Source: Thermoplasmata archaeon (GTDB lineage: Archaea > Thermoplasmatota > Thermoplasmata > Thermoplasmatales > Thermoplasmataceae). Taken from it: a stretch of DNA of 64,000 bases. Both the position numbers and the translations under genes were made by a program. Below are positions 9,832-19,056 of the stretch, piece by piece. How positions within the stretch are numbered: position 1 is the stretch's first letter; each line of letters starts with the position of its first letter. The DNA is taken from assembly GCA_021802205.1 (NCBI GenBank), contig JAKAAT010000001.1, positions 36,986 to 100,985 on the forward strand, written 5' to 3'. Below the pieces are notes generated by a model, which made no database searches, was not told where the DNA came from, and was given only the letters and a program-made list of their open reading frames with translations.

Positions 9832-10240
9832 AATCTCTTTTATTAATTATTATTATGTCCAATATAAATATGAAAAATCCTATTAGATCGTATACAATCA
9901 AAAATATAATATTTTTTGTGATTATAAAACTTATCGGAGATATCATAAAATATATTAGAGCAGGAATAGTGAAGTACAATTCCCTATTTTTTATTGTTTT
10001 TTCATATATATTATTATAGTCACTTATTTTATGCTTTATTATATTCTTATTATATTTATATGAAACTATCATTAATATAGCTGGTATATAAAGCAACGAT
10101 GATATTGATTTCCATAACAGATCGTTTTGCGGGTCCAGTATCAGAATAGTTGGTAACTCTGCTTCTAGGGCCATTGTGATAGTAAATATTTTTAATCTCT
10201 TATATTCATTTTTTAAGTTAATATTTACATTATCATACAT
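9806..10240 (-). CDS. 4-TM membrane protein, putative cognate immunity protein of the full-length gene
   Basis: Probable start MYDNV at 10240, 1 nt after the upstream TAA; four hydrophobic segments; 3' end reads into repeat B. Confidence 0.65.
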   Translation of the reverse strand: MYDNVNINLKNEYKRLKIFTITMALEAELPTILILDPQNDLLWKSISSLLYIPAILMIVSYKYNKNIIKHKISDYNNIYEKTIKNRELYFTIPALIYFMISPISFIITKNIIFLIVYDLIGFFIFILDIIIINKRDFEGYVLNK

Positions 10241-10241
10241 T

Positions 10242-11144
10242 TTACCACCCACATGCATGTGCAACAAGTGCAGTGCCAATACTACTTAATGAGAATAAAC
10301 TCAACAACCATAGCCCGGCAGAGAGACCTAAAGTTGCTGGTATACTAAGTGCCGAACCGATAAGAACAATCCAAGCTATAATATAACCAATAATGGCAAG
10401 GGCACACCACCAGTTATTGTCTATAGTTATCCCTACTGTTTCATTTATCTCCATACTCTTTACATTATTATCTGTGGACTTTAACATGGTACCCATTGCC
10501 GTTGCTATGCATGAGTATTCTATTACGAATTTATGCATTGTATTATTTGTTGAGAACATATAATTTATTGATATTAATTTTATACTGTTTATTAAGTTTT
10601 TCATTGCACTGTTATATGTTGATTTATAGTCAAGGGTAAACTCATTGCCGAGGAGTATTTTAGATGAATTTATGGGTACTATGTTTGCATATATGTATGA
10701 AATGTTTTCTGAATTATTATTATATATTATATCACCTATTTCAACCCTGTAATCTTTGAAGGTATCTGTGAATGCTATTGTATACTTTATATCTGAATTG
10801 TTGTGGCACTGTAGAAGATAGTTTGTATTGTTTGTTCCTGTATAATTGTATCGTGATGCCCTGAGTGTATTATTTTTTATGTCACTGTTTTCATATGCCT
10901 TTACACTGTTTATTGATCTGCTGCTTATTCCTCCATATTGTATGTTCCCTGACTGTGAGATATTGAAGTTGTTCATGTATGTTATATTCCCTATTTTAAC
11001 ATATTTTGTTGTGCTGGTATTGTTATTTATAATATTAGCACTATTATGGTCAACATTGTCTGAAAATGCCATCATGACAAACATAAGCACTATAATTATT
11101 GACAGTGCTATAATATACTTTTGCTTTATATAAAAAAAACACAT
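10242..11144 (-). CDS. Secreted Asn-rich protein with C-terminal Cys-flanked hydrophobic hairpin; putative polymorphic toxin/archaeocin precursor
   Basis: N-terminal K-x-K plus hydrophobic signal, many N-x-S/T sequons, repeat segment, tail NWWCALAIIG...LVAHACGW; function is inference. Confidence 0.7.
   Translation of the reverse strand: MCFFYIKQKYIIALSIIIVLMFVMMAFSDNVDHNSANIINNNTSTTKYVKIGNITYMNNFNISQSGNIQYGGISSRSINSVKAYENSDIKNNTLRASRYNYTGTNNTNYLLQCHNNSDIKYTIAFTDTFKDYRVEIGDIIYNNNSENISYIYANIVPINSSKILLGNEFTLDYKSTYNSAMKNLINSIKLISINYMFSTNNTMHKFVIEYSCIATAMGTMLKSTDNNVKSMEINETVGITIDNNWWCALAIIGYIIAWIVLIGSALSIPATLGLSAGLWLLSLFSLSSIGTALVAHACGW
10419..10657. repeat. Direct repeat copy A (within the full-length gene)
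   Basis: Template for copies B-E; identity stops abruptly at the VGI(T/A)I(D/Y) codons. Confidence 0.95.
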
Positions 11145-11470
11145 GGTTATATATAAAGGTTTGGTACGAATATCTGTTATAATATTGATATTATATTAAT
11201 TATTCATCATCCTGTTGATAATAATCTTATTATTATCCCCAATTACAATACTGCATAGGGAATTAGTATGTATGCCCAGACCAATTTCAATTTAATCAAA
11301 TAATATTATCCTGTAATATTCTGAATATAGAACCCACAGAGTCCATATTCAAGTTGAGTAGTAAGGCAAGATGTTATGTTCTATATATAACAAAAATTGG
11401 CCAGAATCATTTGGTAGGCATTACATGTTTTCATATATCTGAAGCCAGATATAGCCTCTTATAGTTTTTA

Positions 11471-13069
11471 TTAGTGCAGCGAAATGGCATTAATTTTCAT
11501 GTTTAACCATGAATCCAATTTATTGCCCAGATCTGATGGGGTGTTATCCCATACTGAAAAATCGGAGAAATGATTATTTCCAAGAATGCCTACTTTATCC
11601 CATTCTATAGTTAAGGAACTCTGGGATGTGTATGTTTTCAATGTTTCTTCCATGGTAAGCTCTTCCTTTCCGTTATAAATTTCAGTGTGCTTTCCTGTGT
11701 AGGTTTTTCTGAATATTGAGGAATAGAGTCCGTATATCGGATTAAATGGTGTTACCGGGCTGTCCGAACCGTTAGAAACTGGGATATTATTCATCATCAA
11801 GGTTTTTGCAGGAAACAGGCATTTTGACTGATTCTTTCCTATGTTTTCTGTAAGGCCATCGCCTATGAAATGTATAAATGCTAGCTGGGTTTCAACACCC
11901 ACTTCCATTTCTTTTATCCTTCTGATGATATCCTTATCCAGTTTATAGCAGTGAACCAGAGTATATGTGGATGATTTTCCATGGCTTTTAATATCCTCTA
12001 TGACATCCAGCGCTGTTACAATTGCCCTATCCCCTATGGTATGTATGCTTATATGCTGCCCTGTCTGGGATAATATTTCCAGGGCATTTCTGAAATTTTC
12101 TATATCCCATAGCGGAATTCCTTTATTTTCAGTGTTCTCAGGTTTTGCATAATTATTCCTCATCCATGCAGTTCGTGAAAGTATGCTCCCGTCCATGAAC
12201 ATTTTGAACCCGGAAAATTTCAACCGGTCATTTTCATGCACCTGTTTCCATAACTGGATTTTTCCCTTAACGTCTTTCACTGAATATACCGGCAGTACAA
12301 GGGCGATTCTCAGTTCCAAGTTTCCTTCCTCCGATAATTTATTCAATGCTGCAACACGGATTTCCTCGTTAACATCGTTTCCTGTTCCTCCCATGTCCTT
12401 TACGGTGGATATGCCATTATCCTTATACTGTTCCGCACCGAGTTTTATTGCTGTAATGTAATCATCAACGTTATATTCCGGTATAATTTTTTTAACAAGG
12501 TCCATAGCATTAGCCTCATAAAGTATACCGTTTGGCTCACCGTTTTCATATCTTCCTATTTTCCCATTGGGTGGCGATTCTGTATTCTTTGTTATTCCTG
12601 CAAGCTCCAGTGCTCTTGAATTGCATACTGCGTAATGTTCTGTCATCTGGGTAATAAATACCGGTATATCTGGAAATACACCATCAATCACAAGCCTATC
12701 CGGTAATTGCTTTTCTTCCATATCGTACTCGTTAATAGCATAACCCTGGAACCAGTCATGAATGATTTTATTTCTATTGTTTTCTAGAAGTTCTATAAAT
12801 TCCGGGAAAGACCTCACACCTGCGAAATTTACCTGATATTTCAATTTTAGGGATGTAAGTGTGAAATGATTATGTGAATCTATAAGTCCAGGAGTAACAA
12901 ATTTATTTCTGAGGTCCAGTACCTGACCCCTGCCTTTCAAATATTTTATGCTACCTTCGTTCATATCATAATTTTCAGATATTATACCATTTTTTATGAC
13001 AAAAACGTGATCCGAATTATGTATACTGTAACCATCAAAATATTTCCTGGTAATGACATATTTATCCAT
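11471..13069 (-). CDS. Metal-dependent amidohydrolase (YtcJ/Amidohydro_3-like)
   Basis: PGLIDSHNH, K.FMDGS, IHTIGDRA, GSDSPV; probable start MDKYV. Confidence 0.88.
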   Translation of the reverse strand: MDKYVITRKYFDGYSIHNSDHVFVIKNGIISENYDMNEGSIKYLKGRGQVLDLRNKFVTPGLIDSHNHFTLTSLKLKYQVNFAGVRSFPEFIELLENNRNKIIHDWFQGYAINEYDMEEKQLPDRLVIDGVFPDIPVFITQMTEHYAVCNSRALELAGITKNTESPPNGKIGRYENGEPNGILYEANAMDLVKKIIPEYNVDDYITAIKLGAEQYKDNGISTVKDMGGTGNDVNEEIRVAALNKLSEEGNLELRIALVLPVYSVKDVKGKIQLWKQVHENDRLKFSGFKMFMDGSILSRTAWMRNNYAKPENTENKGIPLWDIENFRNALEILSQTGQHISIHTIGDRAIVTALDVIEDIKSHGKSSTYTLVHCYKLDKDIIRRIKEMEVGVETQLAFIHFIGDGLTENIGKNQSKCLFPAKTLMMNNIPVSNGSDSPVTPFNPIYGLYSSIFRKTYTGKHTEIYNGKEELTMEETLKTYTSQSSLTIEWDKVGILGNNHFSDFSVWDNTPSDLGNKLDSWLNMKINAISLH

Positions 13070-13185
13070 TATTTTTACCTCATTATTCAATTCAGAACAT
13101 GCTCTTAATTGGGCAGTTCTAGTATTGACTATTAATAAAAATATCATTAATTACTGTTTCGCTACAATAATTAATTTATAATAAC

Positions 13186-13848
13186 TCAGTTTCTCTCTTT
13201 CTTACTGGTTTCTTTTATCTTTTTTGTGTATACATCAACATAATAGTCACAGTATGATGAAACTGGACATATATCACATTTTGGAGATACTGGTTTGCAT
13301 ATGTTTTTTCCGAATTCGACCATAACAGGATTGAACTCTACCTGCAATTTTTCCGGCACTATATCCTTTAAAGCCGCCTCTGCCTTATCTGGATCCTTTG
13401 CCTTTATAAGACCTATTCTGTTGCAAATCCTGAAAACATGGGTATCCACTGCTATAGCCGGTATTCCAAATCCCTGTGTTAGTACTATGTTGGCAGTTTT
13501 ACTTCCAGTTCCTGGAAGTTTCACCAGCTCGTCGTGAGTGTCTGGAACCTTCCCATCATATTGGTGGTTTATTATTCTGGCTATATCTATAATTCTCTGG
13601 GATTTTACATTGCTGAACCCCACATATTTAATAATTGCTTTTACATCAGCAGGACTAGCATTCTCTAGACCCTGTGAATCATGATATTTATCGTAAAGTG
13701 CTCTTGCGGCCGCATCCGTAACTATGTCCTTTGTGCGGTGCGACAGTATAGTTGTGATGAGTATCCAGAACGGGGACTCGGTAAATTCAAAATGATGTTC
13801 CGGTGAAACCGATTTTATCTTCTGATAAATCTTTTCAAAATCTTTCAT
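13186..13848 (-). CDS. nth: Endonuclease III
   Basis: HhH LPGTGSKTAN, VDTHV, C-x6-C-x2-C-x5-C FeS motif. Confidence 0.94.
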   Translation of the reverse strand: MKDFEKIYQKIKSVSPEHHFEFTESPFWILITTILSHRTKDIVTDAAARALYDKYHDSQGLENASPADVKAIIKYVGFSNVKSQRIIDIARIINHQYDGKVPDTHDELVKLPGTGSKTANIVLTQGFGIPAIAVDTHVFRICNRIGLIKAKDPDKAEAALKDIVPEKLQVEFNPVMVEFGKNICKPVSPKCDICPVSSYCDYYVDVYTKKIKETSKKERN

Positions 13849-13902
13849 GTAATCCCCATAATATAACTATTAATAAAACTATGATAAATTTTTTAAATAT
13901 TT

Positions 13903-16900
13903 CTAATAATAATCGCCAAGTTCTCTGATCCCTGTCTTTTTTCCTGACAGTATGGCGTCAACAAGCTCCCCTGCAAATTTTATGTTTGTTATCAGGGGAA
14001 TATCCTTTTTTATTCCAAGATTCCTTATGGAAAAACCATCACGGATAGACCCATAGGATTCTGAGGGTGTGTTAATTATCATTGATATGTTCTCGCTCCT
14101 GATTATCTCACTCAGACCTGGAAGTCTCAGATCCTTTACCCTGTAAACAACAGTTGAAGCCACACCCGCAGCTTTCAGGCTGCTGTACGTCCCCGGTGTT
14201 GCGTAGATCTTAATTCCATTCCTGCTTAGTTTTCTGGCTATGTCAATTGCCTTTGGCTTGTCAGAATCCTTCACAGTGATTATAACAGATTTAAGCTCGA
14301 AATTACGTTTCATTATGCGTATAACCTTGGACATTGCCTCATGGAATGTTTTACCACAGCACATGGCTTCGCCGGTTGATTTCATTTCAGGCCCCAGTAT
14401 AACATCCATATCCCTGAATCTCTTGAATGGAAATACAGGTACCTTGATAAAATATGAGTTAGGTTCTTTATATGTTATATCAGGTTCGATTCCGATTATG
14501 GCCTTGATGCCGTAATCAATCCAGTTTATGCCGGTTGCTTTGGCAACGAATGGAATCGATCTGGATGAACGGGCGTTGAGCTCTATCACGTATATTTCTC
14601 CATCCTTGACCGCAACCTGCAGATTTGAAAGACCGAGCAAATTAAAGTTAACCCTCAATTTTTCAACTATATCCTCTATTTTTTTTATCGTTGAGGTTTC
14701 CAGCAGATGGGGGCCGAGAACCATTGTGGCATCGCCTGAATGGGTGCCTGCCTCCTCAATATGCACAGATATTCCGGCTATAACTGACTTTTTACGGGAT
14801 GAAATGAAATCTACATCTATTTCTGTTGCATCCTGAAGATATTTGCTCACAAGAACCGGGGAACCTGGTCTCTCTACGAACAGTTCACGGACACGTTCCT
14901 GAAGTATTCCATAGTCATATATTATGTCCATTGCTCTTCCCCCTATGATAAAACTTGACCTGATTATAACCGGCAGTTTAATGCTGCCTATTTTTTCCTC
15001 AAGCTCATTCATATTGGAAGCTTCAATAAAATCTGGCTGTTTTATTCCTAGGTCCTTAAGGGCAGCAGAGAATTTTGTCCTCTCCTCAATTCTGAATATA
15101 TCGTCTGGTTGTGTTCCCATCACAATATCCTTAAAAATCTTCGAAAGTCCGTCTGCCATATTCTGGCCTGTTTGTCCGGAGAACTGGATTATAATTCCCT
15201 GCGGTTTTTCCACAGAAACTATGTTTGATATGTGCTCTAGTGTAATAGGTTCAAAATAGAGTTTGTCTGATGTGTCAAAATCTGTTGATACGGTCTCAGG
15301 GTTGCTGTTAACCATTATTGCCTCAAAACCCATTTTTCTCAATGAGAGTATAGATTTCACAGCCCCGTAATCAAACTCTACACCCTGGGAAATCCTGTTT
15401 GGCCCTGAACCTATAACTATAACCTTCTTTTTTTCTGCTATTTTATTATCACTGTATCTGTCATATGATGAGTAAAGGTACGAAGTTTCTGATTCAAACT
15501 CAGCGGAGCAGGTATCTATGCTTTTATACACAGGAATTATACTATTTTTCAGCCTGTACTTTATTATTTCCGGTACACCTATTTTGGAATAATATGAAAT
15601 GGTTTCATCTGATATTCCGAGAATTTTCAGGTATTCCATATTTTCCGGTATCTTTCCTGGTTTGATTGATGATATGCCATCGGCTATGTTCCGCATCTTT
15701 TCCACAAAAAATTCATCGTAACCTGACATCTGTGATATTTCCGCTGATGAAATACCCTGAAACAGGGCATCAAAAATAGCAAATATTCTCTGATCGTTGG
15801 GAATTTTCATGAATTCACGGGTTTTCTCAGGCGATGTGAATAGTCTCATTGGCACTGCCTGCTTTATATCCAGTGAAGATATGGATTTCATAAGGGCTTC
15901 CTCGAGTGTCCTGCCAATGCCCATAGCCTCTCCGATAGACTTCATTTCTATTCCAATTTCCCTTTTTACTGAGAATTTATCAAAGGGCCATCTCGGAATT
16001 TTTACTGTTATGTAATCCATGGAAGGCTCAAATGCAGCGTACGTATTTTTAGTTACAGGATTTTTTATTTCGTTTATATTATAACCCATTGCAATTTTTG
16101 TGGATATTCTTGCTATTGGGTATCCTGATGCCTTGGAGGCAAGTGCAGAGGACCTTGATGTTCTGGGGTTCACCTCAACAACGTAATATTCATTGGTTGC
16201 CTGATTAAGAGCGAACTGTATGTTGCATGACCCAATTACACCTATTTCATTTACTATGTGTATTGCGGATGTCCTTAACTTCTGGTAATCATCGTTGCTT
16301 AATGTTAGGGATGGAGTGGTTACAATGCTCTCTCCTGTATGCACTCCCATGGGATCCAGATTCTCCATATTACATATGGAAATGCAGTTGCCCGCATTGT
16401 CCCTCATCATTTCATACTCTATCTCTTTCAGCCCGAGAAGTGATTCGTCCAGTTCCACAGTGTCATCATGGACTGAAAAATAGTCATCACAGTATGAAAT
16501 TAATTCATCCCGGTTTTTTATTATAACACCGCCTGATCCACCAAGTGAAAAGCCGGTTCTAAGTATTAAGGGGTATTTTTTAATCCCATCAATCATGGTT
16601 CTGTAATTTTCCTTAACAAGAGTATATGAGTCTATTATGGGTTCTCCTATCTGCCTCATGAGGTTAAAGAACTTTTTTCTATCCTCCGCCACCTCAATGG
16701 ATGTTACCGGAGTGCCCAGAACTTTTATGCTGTTTGATTTCAGTATGCCCAGTTTGTCAAGCAGAATTACAAGGTTGAGGCCAACCTGCCCTCCTGTTGA
16801 TGGTAGAATTGAATCTATTTTTTCCTTTTTAATGATTTCCATTACACTTTCCGGGTCAACAGGTTCTATGTAAATTCTGTCGGCTATTTCGCGGTCAGTC

Positions 16901-17058
16901 TGTATAGTAGCAGGATTTGAATTAAGCAAAACAGTGCGGATTCCCTCCTCCTTCAGGGCAAGGCATGCCTGGGAACCGGAATAATCGAACTCGGCTGCCT
17001 GACCAATAACTATGGGACCTGAACCTATAACGAGTGTACATTTTATATCTATTTTCAT
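13903..17058 (-). CDS. carB: Carbamoyl-phosphate synthase large subunit
   Basis: IGSGPIVIGQAAEFDYSG, HTGES, EVNPRTSRSS, duplicated ATP-grasp, MGS domain; probable start MKIDIK after GGTGA. Confidence 0.97.
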   Translation of the reverse strand: MKIDIKCTLVIGSGPIVIGQAAEFDYSGSQACLALKEEGIRTVLLNSNPATIQTDREIADRIYIEPVDPESVMEIIKKEKIDSILPSTGGQVGLNLVILLDKLGILKSNSIKVLGTPVTSIEVAEDRKKFFNLMRQIGEPIIDSYTLVKENYRTMIDGIKKYPLILRTGFSLGGSGGVIIKNRDELISYCDDYFSVHDDTVELDESLLGLKEIEYEMMRDNAGNCISICNMENLDPMGVHTGESIVTTPSLTLSNDDYQKLRTSAIHIVNEIGVIGSCNIQFALNQATNEYYVVEVNPRTSRSSALASKASGYPIARISTKIAMGYNINEIKNPVTKNTYAAFEPSMDYITVKIPRWPFDKFSVKREIGIEMKSIGEAMGIGRTLEEALMKSISSLDIKQAVPMRLFTSPEKTREFMKIPNDQRIFAIFDALFQGISSAEISQMSGYDEFFVEKMRNIADGISSIKPGKIPENMEYLKILGISDETISYYSKIGVPEIIKYRLKNSIIPVYKSIDTCSAEFESETSYLYSSYDRYSDNKIAEKKKVIVIGSGPNRISQGVEFDYGAVKSILSLRKMGFEAIMVNSNPETVSTDFDTSDKLYFEPITLEHISNIVSVEKPQGIIIQFSGQTGQNMADGLSKIFKDIVMGTQPDDIFRIEERTKFSAALKDLGIKQPDFIEASNMNELEEKIGSIKLPVIIRSSFIIGGRAMDIIYDYGILQERVRELFVERPGSPVLVSKYLQDATEIDVDFISSRKKSVIAGISVHIEEAGTHSGDATMVLGPHLLETSTIKKIEDIVEKLRVNFNLLGLSNLQVAVKDGEIYVIELNARSSRSIPFVAKATGINWIDYGIKAIIGIEPDITYKEPNSYFIKVPVFPFKRFRDMDVILGPEMKSTGEAMCCGKTFHEAMSKVIRIMKRNFELKSVIITVKDSDKPKAIDIARKLSRNGIKIYATPGTYSSLKAAGVASTVVYRVKDLRLPGLSEIIRSENISMIINTPSESYGSIRDGFSIRNLGIKKDIPLITNIKFAGELVDAILSGKKTGIRELGDYY

Positions 17059-17059
17059 A

Positions 17060-18106
17060 TCATTCACCAACAGATTTCCTGACCTCATCAAAGAACCACG
17101 AACTGTCATATGGACCAGGATATGCCTCAGGATGGAACTGAACTGAAAATACAGGCAACTCCCTGTGCCTGATCATTTCAACCGTACCATCATTTATATC
17201 CTGACCTGTAACCATCAGTCCTGTTCCAGATAATGATTCCTTATTCACTGCATAACCATGGTTATGTGACGTAATGTACACTTTATTACCTATAGAAACG
17301 GCATGATTGATTCCACGATGTCCATATTTCATTTTCTCAGTTTTTCCACCAAGGGAAAGGGCAATGAGTTGATTGCCCAGGCATACACCCATTACAGGCA
17401 TTTCCGAAGTTTTTTCCCTGATAAAAGCCCTCAGCGGTGCAAGTGATTCATGATCCGGATTTCCCGGCCCGTTAGGCAGGAATATTGCATCATAATGGAA
17501 TTTAATAGAATAAAAATCATAATTATAAGGAACAATATGGAGTGATGCAATTTCACTCAGGCGCTTTATTAAGCTGTTTTTGGTTCCAACGTCTATGAAC
17601 AGGAATTCCTTTTTCCTCCCGGAATTATAATACTGATACTTCTTTCTTGATACTTTAGAAACAAGATCCAGCTGCATTGTGTCCTGAAAATTATCCGGAA
17701 ATTCATTCTTATTGCTGATATGCGCTCTCACAGTACCGTGTTTTCTGATTTTCTCCACAAGCTCCCTGGTGTCTATTCCATCTATTGCAGGGATTTTATT
17801 TACCTTTAAAAATTCATTGAATTCGATTCCATGGTCTCCACCCTGCAGTAAAATGTGCGCATCCTTTGTGATAATCCCGGAAACCTGCACTTTATCAGAT
17901 TCCATATGTTCCAAACTCACACTGTAATTTGCAATTTCGGGAAAGGCAAAGATAAGAATTTGTCCAGCATATGATGGGTCTGTAATTGTTTCCAGATATC
18001 CGGACATTGATGTGGTAAAAACAAGCTCACCGTCTGTATCACCATCATAGCCGTATCCGTAACCCTCATAGACCGTGCCGTCTTCAAGTAATAAGTATTT
18101 TTTCAT
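17060..18106 (-). CDS. carA: Carbamoyl-phosphate synthase small subunit
   Basis: LLLEDGT, TDPSY.GQI, NGPG.P, GVCLG, QFHPEA.PGP. Confidence 0.96.
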   Translation of the reverse strand: MKKYLLLEDGTVYEGYGYGYDGDTDGELVFTTSMSGYLETITDPSYAGQILIFAFPEIANYSVSLEHMESDKVQVSGIITKDAHILLQGGDHGIEFNEFLKVNKIPAIDGIDTRELVEKIRKHGTVRAHISNKNEFPDNFQDTMQLDLVSKVSRKKYQYYNSGRKKEFLFIDVGTKNSLIKRLSEIASLHIVPYNYDFYSIKFHYDAIFLPNGPGNPDHESLAPLRAFIREKTSEMPVMGVCLGNQLIALSLGGKTEKMKYGHRGINHAVSIGNKVYITSHNHGYAVNKESLSGTGLMVTGQDINDGTVEMIRHRELPVFSVQFHPEAYPGPYDSSWFFDEVRKSVGE

Positions 18107-18299
18107 TTAAACCTTAAAAAACCTAATCTCAACATATGATATATTATTTTTCATTATATTTTATAATTATCTTGATGTAACTGTTAATGAATTGCAAAAA
18201 ATATGTAATATATAATTTAAACTAAATTCATTTATATTTACGACATTACTGATATTGATAATAACATTAAGTTAATAAACAGTTTTTTAATAAACATTT

Positions 18300-18977
18300 A
18301 TGAGAGTTATAGCAGCTCCTGGACCAGTTTGCTACCCATTAGTAGCAGCAATGATGGAAAGAGATGATATAGAAATAGAATTCAAAAAATCTTCCGATAT
18401 GGGGGATAAAAAGCCTGATATTGTACTTGATTCCACTGTTTCCCTTGTAAAAAGTGGATTGCCAATCGATTACGTAACAATTGAGAACCTATCCAGGGTC
18501 GCCCCGAAGCTCGGTTATAAGATCGGAATGGCCAGAAAGGGTGGTGCCTCGGATATACTCTTCAGAGCCTATGTGGGTGAAACTGGGAAGGATGTAAAAA
18601 TTCAGTATTTCGAGAGCATGGGTGAGCTCATGGACGCAATGAATGGCAATCAGGTGGATACAGTAGTAGTGCCTGCAATGGACAGTGCCGGGGTAAGTAT
18701 AGAGGAATACTTCAAGAAAAACAATATAGTTATCCCTGGAAGTTGCGGTGCCACAGTGTACAGTAAGGAGAAGGACTTTGTGGACGCCTATAATCTGGGA
18801 ATAAAACTTATCAGGGAAAAACCAGAAGAAGCCGCCAAATTTATTATATTACATTTACCAATGCAATTCCCGGAGCAATTTGTAGTGAATACTATGAAAA
18901 ACTCCGATCTTAATGTGCATAAACCGGGAAATTATGATGAATTCATCAGATTGGTAAAAAAATATTCGTCAGAATGA
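18300..18977 (+). CDS. Solute-binding-protein-like protein (DUF3834-like)
   Basis: AAPGPV.YPL N-terminus and PGSCGA motif recalled for this archaeal family; no signal peptide. Confidence 0.6.
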   Translation: MRVIAAPGPVCYPLVAAMMERDDIEIEFKKSSDMGDKKPDIVLDSTVSLVKSGLPIDYVTIENLSRVAPKLGYKIGMARKGGASDILFRAYVGETGKDVKIQYFESMGELMDAMNGNQVDTVVVPAMDSAGVSIEEYFKKNNIVIPGSCGATVYSKEKDFVDAYNLGIKLIREKPEEAAKFIILHLPMQFPEQFVVNTMKNSDLNVHKPGNYDEFIRLVKKYSSE

Positions 18978-19056
18978 GGTGAAATTCTTAAAAAGGACAA
19001 ATAGTTTTAATTTGTTTTATTGAATTATTATATACTTAATTCACATTAGTGGTTTT

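Noticed and set aside
6954-10657. Repeats as a CRISPR array or IS copies
   Set aside because: Units are 140-240 bp, coding and in frame with a gene; no short repeat-spacer periodicity, cas genes, terminal inverted repeats or transposase.
7697-11133. Plus-strand ORFs 7697..7891, 7984..8184, 8246..8701, 9687..10019, 10846..11133
   Set aside because: Antisense shadows of the coherent minus-strand cassette array; no motifs.
6578-11144. Diversity-generating retroelement
   Set aside because: No reverse transcriptase in the window; differences between copies are not adenine-specific, and the variable parts are non-homologous blocks.
14240-17927. Many short plus-strand ORFs
   Set aside because: Shadows of carA/carB; the same applies to short antisense ORFs over fixAB, purD, apgM, ahcY and gdhA.
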